Assembly (NCBI GenBank): GCA_965203805.1
Contig: OZ241917.1
Span: 4,928,001 to 4,992,000 of the forward strand
Direction of reading: 5' to 3'
Length of the DNA: 64,000 bases
From: Candidatus Latescibacterota bacterium
GTDB taxonomy: Bacteria > Latescibacterota > UBA2968 > GCA-2709665
The position numbers and the translations under genes are program-made. Of the stretch, positions 1 through 9,040 are shown one piece after another; position 1 is the first letter of the stretch, and every line of letters starts with the position of its first letter. Under the pieces are notes generated by a model that was not told the origin of the DNA, made no database searches, and saw only the letters and a list, made by a program, of their open reading frames with translations.

Positions 1-1292
1 GGACGGTCCTCGCGAGAGAACTGAAATCGGAACTCGTTGATCGTGTTGGGTGAGAGAAGCGATACGAGGCTGCCGTTGAACGCGTGCGACCAGTCTCTTT
101 CAATCGCGTTGGCGCTGCGCGCCCAGGTGTCCACGTCGAAGGTGCCGTTTTCCTGCTCAGACCATGTATAGTTGTATTTGAAGGTGGCGGAGTGGTCTTT
201 CGAGAGGCGGAGGTCCACCTTGGCCAGGAAAGCGCGGGCGTCGTCGGTACGGTCGATGGGGCCGTAGTCTCCCCGCAGCGCTCCGTTGAACGCCGTGTCC
301 ATAAAGTCTCGCAAACGGGGGCCCATGCGCCCCGCGTCGCTCTGCCGGGTGTCTCTCAATACCTGCTGATCGTACGCGATGAAGAAGAACGCCTTGTCCC
401 GCTTCAGCGGGCCGCCGAGCGTGAAGCCGAACTGCCCCTGGCGGAAGCGGGGCCGGCGCTCGGCGCCATTGTGCCTGGCGATTTCGGACAACGCGTCGTG
501 CTTGCCGAAAAAATGCGCCGATCCGCTGAGTTTGTTCGTGCCCGACTTGGTGATGACGTTCACGAAGCCGCCGCTGGAGCGCCCGAATTCCGCGTTTGCG
601 CCCTGGGGAACCACAACGATTTCCGCAACGGCGTCCAGATTGAAGGTGAAGGCGGGGCGCTGACCCCCGCGCTGCTCGCCGAAGAACGGGTTGTTGAAAT
701 CCGCGCCGTCCACCGAGATGTTGTTGTGGATGCCGCGCTGGCCGGCAATGGTCAGCTCGTCGCCGTCCGGCCCCTGCACGATGCTCACGCCCGGGGTCAG
801 GAGCGTGAGATTCAGAAAATTGCGCCCGTTGTTGGGCAGGTCGCTTACGGCTTCCTCGGGCAGGCGCGTGGCCGTCTCCGTTCGGGTGACGTCGACCGCG
901 GGCCTCCTGGCCACAACCACGAACTCCTCTATTTCAATAATCATCTTGATGACCAGTTCAACCGTCTCTCCAACCCGGACTTGCACACCACTCTGCCGTG
1001 CTTCGGCCCATCCCTCGGCGCGTACCGTGACGTCGTAGAAGCCGAGAGGAAGCAGCGTCGCGGTGAACAGTCCCACGTCGGACGTCGCGAGGATTCTCCG
1101 GTAATTGGTGCCCGCCTCCCGCAGGATGACGGTAGCGCCTTCGACGGGATTGTCGAACTGGTCGCATACGAGGCCCCGGATAACGCCCGTGGTCGCCTGG
1201 GACTGGGCATCCGCGTGGCGGCACGTCAGGCTCATCGACAACAGAAGAATGGACAGCGTGCGTATCGGGGATTGGAGTCGGTGACAGGTCAT
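1..1292 (-). CDS. Oar-type TonB-dependent receptor with N-terminal carboxypeptidase-regulatory-like domain (runs off left edge)
   Basis: Not in the ORF track because it has no stop in the window. Manual translation from ATG at 1292: signal peptide ...ADAQSQATTGVIRGLV..., LPNNGRNFLNLTLLTPGV, plug motif GANAEFGRSSGGFVNVITKSGTN. Confidence 0.9.
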   Translation of the reverse strand, partial: MTCHRLQSPIRTLSILLLSMSLTCRHADAQSQATTGVIRGLVCDQFDNPVEGATVILREAGTNYRRILATSDVGLFTATLLPLGFYDVTVRAEGWAEARQSGVQVRVGETVELVIKMIIEIEEFVVVARRPAVDVTRTETATRLPEEAVSDLPNNGRNFLNLTLLTPGVSIVQGPDGDELTIAGQRGIHNNISVDGADFNNPFFGEQRGGQRPAFTFNLDAVAEIVVVPQGANAEFGRSSGGFVNVITKSGTNKLSGSAHFFGKHDALSEIARHNGAERRPRFRQGQFGFTLGGPLKRDKAFFFIAYDQQVLRDTRQSDAGRMGPRLRDFMDTAFNGALRGDYGPIDRTDDARAFLAKVDLRLSKDHSATFKYNYTWSEQENGTFDVDTWARSANAIERDWSHAFNGSLVSLLSPNTINEFRFQFSREDR

Positions 1293-1533
1293 GGCGTATG
1301 ATAGCGTCCGTGTGGTAATGTCGGCTTAGGAGTCACTTATTTTTCGATTTTCGTCCGGTAACGTCTCGCCGTGGAAGGGGTTTCTTTTACAGTCGAGGGC
1401 CTGCGAAGGATACCCTCACGATCGGAATTGGCCATTTCCCAGGATCGAGACAACTCTTCGGGGCTTGTGGGTTTTATCCTGTGCATCCTGTGCATGCATG
1501 TAAATTGTCGCACTTCGACTTCAATTGGCCAAC

Positions 1534-1558
1534 AAAAAAAGCGACCCGTAAGTCGCCT
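1534..1558 (-). terminator. Rho-independent terminator after ferredoxin
   Basis: GCGAC-N6-GTCGC stem followed by T7 on the minus strand. Confidence 0.65.
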
Positions 1559-1590
1559 TGGTTCACGTCACTCAGCCGTCTGCGCCGCGG

Positions 1591-2103
1591 TCATGCCGCG
1601 GAGCCCGGCCGGCGCAACTCGACCCGGCCGTGTTCGAGAAGGGTGACCACCCTGGCCTCCGAACACTGCATCTGCGCGGCGATCTGCGCGATGGTCTTTC
1701 CTTCGTCCCGATAGAGGCGCACGGCCTCGTCCCGGTCGATTCCAGGCACGTATCCTTTGGCGCCCTTCAAACCGGCGTGTTTGGTCACCTGGATATCTCC
1801 GGTCACGTCCACCTGGCAAGCAAGGCGCAGGTTCCCCTTAAGCAGCAGAAAGCGAAGGTTCTCCCTGGCGCCTTTGACGCTTAGGCCGTCCTGCGGGACG
1901 ACCTCGACCGTACAGGTACCGCACAGCCCGTTGCCTTCGCAGTTCACGAACCGGGTGATTCCGTTATAAAGATTGATATCGTTGTCTATTGCCAGTTGCC
2001 GGAGGTTGGTGTGCGGTTTGCACTCGACCGACTTGTCCCAGTTGGTGAACGTAACCTTGCAGACCTTTTTGCGCTCGGGCAGGCTGCCAATAAAGGTGGA
2101 CAT
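1591..2103 (-). CDS. 2Fe-2S ferredoxin with C-terminal HTH-like extension
   Basis: CEGNGLCGTC...RLACQ cluster motif. C-terminal EAVRLYRDEGKTIAQIAAQMQCSEARVVTLL resembles a helix-turn-helix. Confidence 0.85.
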   Translation of the reverse strand: MSTFIGSLPERKKVCKVTFTNWDKSVECKPHTNLRQLAIDNDINLYNGITRFVNCEGNGLCGTCTVEVVPQDGLSVKGARENLRFLLLKGNLRLACQVDVTGDIQVTKHAGLKGAKGYVPGIDRDEAVRLYRDEGKTIAQIAAQMQCSEARVVTLLEHGRVELRRPGSAA

Positions 2104-2417
2104 AGAACCTCAAGAGAGCAATCAGCGATCAGCCGTCAGCCAAAAACAAAAATCGAAAACCAGAGAGCAATTTTATTCGGCAAACGCAGGCTTTGCAGGG
2201 GCAACCCTTGTGGTCGCCCGGGCATTGGATTCTCGCGGCCTACAAGGTATTGATTTTCGCCGTTGAACACAAGTGGAAAACGGCGTCGTGAGCGATCCCG
2301 CCGAAAATCGATTGATACGTGCACGCGCCTGTCGATTTTGGTATATTCAGGTGCATCCGAAAGGCAGGCCCCTTTATGGAAACCCGCGATTGAAGGTAAC
2401 GAGGATGCAGACGCCCT

Positions 2418-3320
2418 ATGAACGATAGCGGAACATCGTCGACGCCATCCGGCGAGACGGCCGTGCGTCGTGCCGTCACCTCACACCCGAGGCTGTTCGA
2501 GAACAACCGGTACGTCTATCCAGTACTTTCCCGGCGTTCCGGGGGCATCTCGATCGGGATCAATCTGAATCCCGACAAGATCTGCAACTTCGACTGCATC
2601 TATTGCCAGGTGGACCGCGTGGTCCCGCCCGTGCTGCGCGATGTGGACGAAGACCGGGTCATCCAGGAACTGGAGGCCCTTCTGGGCGACGTACTGAGCG
2701 GCAGGATCTTCCAGCACACGGCATTCCGTGAAATCCCCGATCGGCTCAAGCGGATCAACGATATCGCTTTCTCGGGCGACGGCGAACCCACAACCTATCC
2801 CCGGTTCAGGGAGATCGTTGAAAAAACCGCGGACGTCAAGGGGCGGTTCGGCCTTGATGACGTCAAGATCACCGCCATCACCAACTGCACGCGCTTTCAC
2901 GTCCCCGCGGTGCTCGAAGCCTTCGAAATCATGCACCGGAACAACGGCGAGATCTGGGCCAAACTGGAGGCAGGCACGGCCGAATACTATCATCTGGTGG
3001 AACGTACCCGCATCTCCTTCGAGCGGACTATCGACAACCTTAAACTGGCCGCGTGCAGATGGCCCCTGGTCATCCAGAGCCTGTTCATGCGCGTTCACGG
3101 CGAGCCCCCGCCGGATGAAGAGATCCTCGCCTTCTGCAACGTCCTCTCCAACGTGCTGGACGAGGGCGGTCAACTGAAGAACATCCAGATCTACACGGTC
3201 GCACGAAAGCCCGCGGAATCGTACGTGACCGCCCTGACCGACGCCGAAGTCGACCGCATCGCCGAAGTCACACGCAAGAACCTGCCCGGCGTCCCCGTCG
3301 AATCCTACTACGGCGCGTAA
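2418..3320 (+). CDS. Radical SAM protein (COG0731-like)
   Basis: YVYPVLSRRSGGISIGINL, CNFDCIYC (CxxxCxxC), FSGDGEPT. Confidence 0.9.
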   Translation: MNDSGTSSTPSGETAVRRAVTSHPRLFENNRYVYPVLSRRSGGISIGINLNPDKICNFDCIYCQVDRVVPPVLRDVDEDRVIQELEALLGDVLSGRIFQHTAFREIPDRLKRINDIAFSGDGEPTTYPRFREIVEKTADVKGRFGLDDVKITAITNCTRFHVPAVLEAFEIMHRNNGEIWAKLEAGTAEYYHLVERTRISFERTIDNLKLAACRWPLVIQSLFMRVHGEPPPDEEILAFCNVLSNVLDEGGQLKNIQIYTVARKPAESYVTALTDAEVDRIAEVTRKNLPGVPVESYYGA

Positions 3321-3344
3321 CCCGCAACAACCTGCATGGATGGA

Positions 3345-3402
3345 CCTGCCTGCCTGTCCAGCCAGCGCAGCCAGGCGGGCTGAAGCAGGCGAGGCAGGCA
3401 GG
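3345..3402. repeat. CCTGCC...GGCAGG palindromic mini-element (composite) inside a CAGGATGNA-type repeat
   Basis: cctgcctgcc...ggcaggcagg interrupts catggatgga|caggatgaacaggat. A related uninterrupted repeat lies inverted at ~1475-1501. Confidence 0.65.
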
Positions 3403-3567
3403 ATGAACAGGATTGATGCGGTGTGGTGTCAATCCAGTCCGGCCACATCCCCGCCGTTCCGTATATGTACATCCAGACTGCGTTACAGCTCTTGTTCGGA
3501 TTCTTGCTTGATTTTAATCGATTCTCGATGTGTCTTCATTGTATCTACTAAACAACGGAGGAACGAT

Positions 3568-3810
3568 ATGGAAACCCGGGTGCAAAAGTGGGGCAACAGT
3601 CTGGCCTTGCGTATTCCCAAACCACTCGCCAACCAGATTGGACTTGAACCAAATTCACCGGTCGAATTATCGTTGCGTGGCGATAAGCTGATGATTGAAC
3701 TTGTAACGCCGCCCGAATTGAATCTGGACGACCTTTTGGCCCGTGTGACCAGGGACAATATACACGGTGAGGTGGATACCGGACCTCCGATTGGCCGCGA
3801 AGTATGGTGA
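3568..3810 (+). CDS. mazE: AbrB/MazE-family antitoxin
   Basis: METRVQKWGNSLALRIP...LDDLLARVTRDNIHGEVDTGPPIGREVW; GGAGG RBS before ATG 3568. Confidence 0.92.
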   Translation: METRVQKWGNSLALRIPKPLANQIGLEPNSPVELSLRGDKLMIELVTPPELNLDDLLARVTRDNIHGEVDTGPPIGREVW

Positions 3811-4163
3811 GGCTTAGCGAGTACGTACCACAGCGCGGTGACGCGGTTTGGATTGACTTCAATCCACAGGCTGGACATGAACAAGCAGATCGGCGCCCAG
3901 CCGTTGTGCTTTCGAAGGGGGTTTACAATGGGAAGACCCGTCTGGCAATACTCTGCCCAATTACCAGTCAAGTGAAGGGGTATCCCTTTGAGGTCGTCAT
4001 CCCCGCAGGATTGGACGTCTCGGGTGCTATTCTGTCGGATCAGGTAAAAAGCATGGATTGGCGGGCGAGAAATGCAACGCTGATATGTCCATTGCCGACA
4101 GAGGTAGTGGATGCGGTATTGCAAAGAGTCGAAACGCTCTTGTCGAGGGAATATGGGATGTGA
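3804..4163 (+). CDS. mazF: MazF/PemK endoribonuclease toxin
   Basis: YVPQRGDAVWIDFNPQAGHEQADRRPAVVLS...CPITSQVKGYPFEV; overlaps mazE. Confidence 0.95.
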   Translation: MVRLSEYVPQRGDAVWIDFNPQAGHEQADRRPAVVLSKGVYNGKTRLAILCPITSQVKGYPFEVVIPAGLDVSGAILSDQVKSMDWRARNATLICPLPTEVVDAVLQRVETLLSREYGM

Positions 4164-4321
4164 CGAAAATAACCCACCGTCAAGACCGGCTGCATATCAA
4201 TTTCGGCTAATTCTGCTGACTGGCATACCCTTCGAGTCGTATTGTTGTACCTGAACATAGTTGGGAATATATCCAAAACACGGTCCGGCATTCCTTTTGC
4301 GTCTGCGAACACTGAGGTAGA

Positions 4322-4570
4322 ATGATGAAGATATCTCTTCATGATCTGGGACGACGCGTGAACGAAGTACTTCTCGCGCTCGACCGGAACGAATCGGTCG
4401 CCGTCTATTTTCGAGGCAAGGAAAAGGCCATCCTGACGCCCAGCCACCAGCGAACGGAGAGATCCGTATCGGACCATACGGCCTTCGGAATGTGGCGGGA
4501 CAGGAAAGATATGGCGGACGTCGGTGCGTACGTCCGCAATCTGCGCAAAGGCCGCCTGGCTGATCCTTGA
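4322..4570 (+). CDS. Phd/YefM-like antitoxin
   Basis: DLGRRVNEVLLALDRNESVAVYFRGKEKAIL N-terminus; AFGMWRDR...YVRNLRKGR C-terminus typical of VapC-partner antitoxins. Confidence 0.75.
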   Translation: MMKISLHDLGRRVNEVLLALDRNESVAVYFRGKEKAILTPSHQRTERSVSDHTAFGMWRDRKDMADVGAYVRNLRKGRLADP

Positions 4571-4589
4571 TACCGATGTTTCGATCATC
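4557..4589 (+). pseudogene. 5' stub of a VapC/PIN toxin
   Basis: Frame overlapping the antitoxin stop reads LILDTDV (PIN strand 1 with catalytic Asp), then loses similarity and meets a terminator. Confidence 0.5.
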
Positions 4590-4613
4590 CCGTCGGCATC
4601 CACTGTCAGAATC

Positions 4614-4661
4614 AGAACAGGACAACACACCTGCAGCGTGCGTTGTCCTGTTCTTTCGTTT
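4614..4661. terminator. Hairpin/terminator between convergent genes
   Basis: AGAACAGGACAAC...GTTGTCCTGTTCT 13-bp inverted repeat followed by a T-rich tract. Confidence 0.65.
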
Positions 4662-4689
4662 CAGGCTCCGAGCTTTCAGAGAATGGAAC

Positions 4690-5106
4690 TCATTCCGGTT
4701 CTTTATCCAGCATTTCACCGAACGCGTCGAGATCGGATACCTGAACTGCCGCTCGGTGCAACGCCTTGAGACGCTGCGCGTCGTCGACGTTCCCAACCCG
4801 AGCGGCGTATGGATGCGACGCAGCGAGATCGAATCGGACCTCCAGTACGGCGAGGATACTCTCCCGCAGCCCTTGTTCGACGCCCTGGCGGGTGAGGTAT
4901 CGGGCAAAGGATGATTCACGTATGAGATCCATCATGCCCTCCTTCGAAATGATATCGGAAATGGTTTCCGGCGCGTATACCAACCCGCTGAGCAACGACA
5001 TGCCGACCATGAAATCCGCTTTTGCCGTCGGCGCCATCGGACGCGCGTGAGCGGTGTGCAAGCAGTGAAGCAACCACGCCCGTGAAGCCATTCCTCCAGG
5101 CGGCTC
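4690..5106 (-). pseudogene. C-terminal fragment of Rpn/YhgA-like (DUF4351-type tail) protein
   Basis: EPPGGMASRAWL...LSGLVY...IRESS...QGVEQGLRESILAVLEVRF...LKALHRAAVQVSDLDAF; no N-terminal PD-(D/E)XK domain upstream. Confidence 0.65.
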
Positions 5107-5436
5107 CGCGTAGACATGATACGGGATCAGGGCGGAAAGTCAATTGGATCACGGGAATAATCGAATAATCATACGCAGGCCCGGCAGGTACACACCATCC
5201 AGACCATCGGGGCCGATCAGCGACATTTGGAAGTCCGGACCGACGACAATTGGAATTCCATTTTACACCAACCGGTTCGCATATCAACACACACAATGAA
5301 GCCCAACGGTCATAGCGAAACCGTTGGGCTTTCTTGATTTGTGCCTCAAAATCGCACATCCTGGCAGATACCGACATTATCAGGTACATAATCTCCAAAA
5401 CGAACCGTTTACAAATCGAAGACCCGGATACAATGC

Positions 5437-6258
5437 TCACCGATAGTTGCTGTTTCTGTCACAGCTTTGGCCGTTCATCATCATCTGCATCAGTTTAGTT
5501 GAGTACCCTGTCGCGTCGCCGAAGTTCGCCATTCCTGCCTCACGGAGGACATCCATTGGTTCGCACGAATACCTGGGATTGTCCGATCTCAGAAATGCTC
5601 GGCTGATTACGCTGGCGACGACATCGACAAGTCGCTTTCTACGTGAGTCCTCAACCAGAAGCTGCAAACGAGCTATCGATTTGGGTTGACCCAAATGGTA
5701 TTCAGCACAAAGTGACGATATGTGGCTATCCAAGAACATTGCCCGATACCCAAGATAGATTTCAACGTCGGCTTCAGGAATAGACCAATTGTCGATGTAG
5801 ACGGAGAACTCAGCATCCCCTCCGCCGGCCTCGAAACAACCGGTAATTGAATGATATAGACAGTGGTCAAGAACGTGCGAATGGATGATTTGTGCGATGG
5901 GTCGTTCACGGACTTTCGGTCTATGAATTGCCCGGGCTTTTTTTGCAAAACGCTTGTAATTCCTGACAATTCTACGGAATTCTGAATCCGTCGTATCTAT
6001 ACCCGATACATATATCGACAGAGGTAAATCCGTCAGGATTCTGACTATTCGAATAGCGCGATCGATCGAGATGCGGTTGTTTTTCATCGGCTTGTTCTTA
6101 GATAGTCCAACCGCCTCGTTGCACCTGGCAAAGACTTCGGTCTCTGTCGATTGTTCGTACCAGACACCGCAGCCAAGAAACCATTCGTTCCGATTCTTGC
6201 CGACAATCTGTGGCGTTCCGGACTCATCGAAAAGCACTGTCACGTCTTTTCCAACCAT
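5437..6258 (-). CDS. DUF3800-family protein (RNase H-like)
   Basis: VLFDESG N-terminal motif, YIDN, RLVDVVAS C-terminal motif; GGGAG RBS before ATG 6258. Confidence 0.7.
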   Translation of the reverse strand: MVGKDVTVLFDESGTPQIVGKNRNEWFLGCGVWYEQSTETEVFARCNEAVGLSKNKPMKNNRISIDRAIRIVRILTDLPLSIYVSGIDTTDSEFRRIVRNYKRFAKKARAIHRPKVRERPIAQIIHSHVLDHCLYHSITGCFEAGGGDAEFSVYIDNWSIPEADVEIYLGYRAMFLDSHISSLCAEYHLGQPKSIARLQLLVEDSRRKRLVDVVASVISRAFLRSDNPRYSCEPMDVLREAGMANFGDATGYSTKLMQMMMNGQSCDRNSNYR

Positions 6259-6344
6259 TATGCTCCCCGTTATTTCGGAGCGACGAAGGAAAAAAGCACG
6301 ATGGTTTGTCACGCGCTTTGGACTCAGGTAGTGATTCAGCCGGG

Positions 6345-6566
6345 TTACTCCGAGACCAGGACTTTTCGTCGCGCCTGGACGAACCACGTCTTGCCCGTGA
6401 GGCGGTCCACTTCGTAAGCGAAGTTTCCTCCCGTTCCGGCAAGATGATATCGGTTGTGTGATGACCATATATAGGTGACGATAACGATGCCCGCTGAGAG
6501 CAGAAAAGCTGGTATCACAATGGCGCCTGCGATAACGATCGTCCTTCTGTCCATCTGTGGCTCCAA
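6345..6566 (-). CDS. Small single-TM hypothetical protein
   Basis: Hydrophobic segment IVIAGAIVIPAFLLSAGIVIVTYIW then DRLTGKTW; co-oriented within cluster. Confidence 0.6.
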   Translation of the reverse strand: MEPQMDRRTIVIAGAIVIPAFLLSAGIVIVTYIWSSHNRYHLAGTGGNFAYEVDRLTGKTWFVQARRKVLVSE

Positions 6567-6598
6567 TCTTATCTGCGAGATTGGCAGCGTCGATAGAT

Positions 6599-7636
6599 TT
6601 ACGGATCCATCATCTCACTCTCCGTATACTCCCGTACCTGGTTCCCGTTTCTCCCTCTCAGCCGGATGACGTGGTTCACGTCGAGGGTTTCGTTCTCCTT
6701 GGGCTCATCGCCCTTCTCCGTGTCAATTTGCGCCACGCTCTTGATCCCCTTGAATTTTTCGGCGCCGGCGATCGCCTTTGCATCACCGCCGTAGTAGTCA
6801 AACCAGGGCAGGCCCGCTTCCGTATATTCCTTCGCAGTCGGTGGCCTGGTCGGCGGCGGATCACCGGTGATTGCGAGCCACTGAGCGGAATTCACGATGG
6901 TGACGAAACATCGACTCGCGTGCACCTGATCCCACGCGTCGATGCCGTAATGATCGTCGTAGATTTCCTGTTTCATCCGGCCGCCCGGGGCAAGGCCCAT
7001 GCTTGGCATGCGTAAACATAGCATAGACGCCGAGGAAGTTTCGAAGAGATGAGAAAATTCGGCACGCGGAGCAATCAACTCCTCGTAGCGTTCGGCCTTC
7101 ATCGGATAGGCGACAATCTGAATCCCTCCGTACTCCGCGGCGCCCGTAAGCTGTTCCTCCACGGTGTAGTCCTCGCCCAGCGGCAGGGCGACGAACTGTC
7201 GGATCACGCCCTTTTCGATGCAATACCCGTCGAGCCAGGGCTGTTTGGGCACCACGACGTAGTCTTGTGGATCGCTACTCAATCCATTGAACCAGGTGTC
7301 GCCCGTGATCGCGCAGATCTTTCCTGCCGCTATTTTGATAGCGAACGGATAACTCTGGCGGTAACGATAACTGTTCGGCGACTCGAAGTTGATCCACATC
7401 GCTTCGGACTGGTGCATCGGCATGACCACACCGCCCCGCTTTTGCCATTCATCCGGCAGACGCGACACGTAGTCGTCCAGATGCCGCAACGGAAATCCTC
7501 CCAGACCGGGCGGCAAGGGATAGTCGCGTTCGTCATCGGGAATTCGTAACGTACGCTGGAATTCGATCCCGCAAACTGCATGTTTGTGAACGTCCGGAAA
7601 TCTGAAAACCAGTCTGCTGCGCTCAAGCGTGATCAT
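6599..7636 (-). CDS. Conserved hypothetical protein (FQRTLRIPD...LPPGLG family)
   Basis: Motifs FQRTLRIPDD, PLPPGLGGFPL, EAMWINF, QDYVVVPKQPWLDG, MGLAPGGRMKQ, GLPWFDYY; GGAG RBS before ATG 7636. Confidence 0.8.
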   Translation of the reverse strand: MITLERSRLVFRFPDVHKHAVCGIEFQRTLRIPDDERDYPLPPGLGGFPLRHLDDYVSRLPDEWQKRGGVVMPMHQSEAMWINFESPNSYRYRQSYPFAIKIAAGKICAITGDTWFNGLSSDPQDYVVVPKQPWLDGYCIEKGVIRQFVALPLGEDYTVEEQLTGAAEYGGIQIVAYPMKAERYEELIAPRAEFSHLFETSSASMLCLRMPSMGLAPGGRMKQEIYDDHYGIDAWDQVHASRCFVTIVNSAQWLAITGDPPPTRPPTAKEYTEAGLPWFDYYGGDAKAIAGAEKFKGIKSVAQIDTEKGDEPKENETLDVNHVIRLRGRNGNQVREYTESEMMDP

Positions 7637-7670
7637 TGTCTCCTGCTCCCTTCGCCATGAAGGTTGCGAT

Positions 7671-8033
7671 TTACCAGTCTCCATCCCTTACTTCCCGCAC
7701 CACACGGAGGACGGCGTGATCCGGCGCCTCCTTAAGCTGCCTGATCAGCTCTGCAAACAGCCTCGGTCGCTTGCGGATGACTTCCAGGAGATCTCCCGAG
7801 ACCTTTCCGGCCATTGCCAGGAACACGTCCGGATCCTGGCCGAGTTCGTGCGCTAGTCGCACCGTGGTCTTTTCAGATGGCGGAGGCACGTCATTTCGCT
7901 CGATCTTGCTCAGGTAGGCCGGTTCAATCCCGATTCGATGGGCCACCTGGCGCAATGAAAAACGCCGGTCCTTGCTTCGGAGCTCCTCCCGAAGCTTTCG
8001 TACAAGATCGCCAAAATCCTCTGGATGTGTCAT
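7671..8033 (-). CDS. XRE-family HTH transcriptional regulator
   Basis: FGDLVRKLRE...SLRQVAHRIGIEPAYLSKIERN..PPSE. Confidence 0.9.
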   Translation of the reverse strand: MTHPEDFGDLVRKLREELRSKDRRFSLRQVAHRIGIEPAYLSKIERNDVPPPSEKTTVRLAHELGQDPDVFLAMAGKVSGDLLEVIRKRPRLFAELIRQLKEAPDHAVLRVVREVRDGDW

Positions 8034-8039
8034 GTGTCA

Positions 8040-8068
8040 TATATACTTTACACTATGCCATTTGTCAA
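8040..8068 (-). promoter_or_regulatory. sigma70 promoter, probably leaderless, for XRE gene
   Basis: TTGACA-17 nt-TATATA, ending 6 nt upstream of the ATG. Confidence 0.65.
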
Positions 8069-8385
8069 GAAAAATAGATCAAAATGGCGAAGACGCGCGC
8101 CGAATCAATAGGGTAGACGGTTACGTACCTGATCAACTGTCAGGACGGTTGGTGCGGGATCTTCGTGCAGCCAATCAGGAAAAAACAGTGTGAGATATAG
8201 CGGCAGGAGGGTAGGCAGGTGAGGTGGAGCTCAAGGTTATTATTTCATGAGCTGAAGCGATACAGGGATAGGATATTTGGACGCATCAATTACTACGATG
8301 CGGATATAATTCAGCCGATTGGAAGAACTGCCACCGCTGTGCAAGACAAACGGCTGACATTTAAGGATTAACCAGGTAAAATGCC

Positions 8386-8667
8386 CTACTTGGTGTGTCC
8401 GTTATCAAGAAAAGGCGGGGGCGTCTGAAATCCTTCCGGACCCTTTTTTTTCTCGCTTTCAAACCATTGCTTTACCAATCTATCTCGTTCGTTTTGGCCC
8501 TTCTTCACACCTCTTTCAAATTGCCATTTCTTGAACGCCTCGGTAAGTACAAACACGAAATCCACCCCCTTCAAGATGAAAAAAGCAGTCGTAGCGGCAA
8601 ATACACCGATACTCAGAAGATCCTTTACGGTTTCAAAACCCCATTGTATTTCAATCGGCGCGCGCAA
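8386..8667 (-). CDS. Small membrane-anchored hypothetical protein, 5' end abutting a REP (possibly truncated)
   Basis: TM segment then AFKKWQFERGVKKG...PPPF; the only start is a TTG inside the REP. Confidence 0.5.
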   Translation of the reverse strand: MRAPIEIQWGFETVKDLLSIGVFAATTAFFILKGVDFVFVLTEAFKKWQFERGVKKGQNERDRLVKQWFESEKKKGPEGFQTPPPFLDNGHTK

Positions 8668-8685
8668 ACTAACAGTTTGCGCTAC
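8662..8685 (-). repeat. GTAG-type REP, copy 1
   Basis: Minus strand GTAG-CGCAAACT-GTT-AGTTTGCGC; identical at 8961 and 11271. Confidence 0.8.
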
Positions 8686-8838
8686 GGAAAACGCAGGTAA
8701 CGCTTAGAAAGCGCTTGCGAAAACGAGCGAGTTAAAGCGCGAGCATTTCGACAGGCTCAATGAGACCGCGCTTGACTACCGCTGGGTGCTTTATAGCTCC
8801 TCGCCGACCCTTCGTCAAGCTCAGGGAGTGGCTCGGGA

Positions 8839-9040
8839 CCCCCCACCGGCGCGGCTGCCTGTCTGCCGGGCCAACGGCACAGGCAGGCGGGCTGGCGGTC
8901 TTGCCATGTCGCTTCACCTCAGCGGGGGAGTGATGGAGAGGCGAGGTGCGAAATTGACGCGCGCAAACTAACAGTTTGCGCTACGGAAAACGCGGGTAAC
9001 GCGCAGGGAGCGCTTGCGAGAACGAGCGAGTCGAAGCGCC
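8839..9040. repeat. Composite repeat (GGGGGAGTGAT hairpin element + REP copy 2 at 8961-8984), direct repeat of 11178-11315
   Basis: Aligns by eye with 11178-11315 apart from a 30-bp insertion at 8858-8887; its 3' part also matches 8659-8740. Confidence 0.8.
8858..8887. mobile_element. 30-bp CCTG...CAGG palindromic mini-element (type B)
   Basis: cctgtctgccgggccaacggcacaggcagg; absent from the paralogous site at ~11196. Confidence 0.75.

Noticed and set aside
84-1301. Long plus-strand ORF, and similar shadows (20153-21745, 22960-24135, 59988-61388, 14552-15568)
   Set aside because: Antisense shadows of real high-GC genes with no recognisable motifs.
4916-5440. 174-aa ORF between DUF3800 and the Rpn remnant; also 31935-32147
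   Set aside because: No motifs, atypical composition and out-of-frame overlap with neighbours; not supportable as genes.
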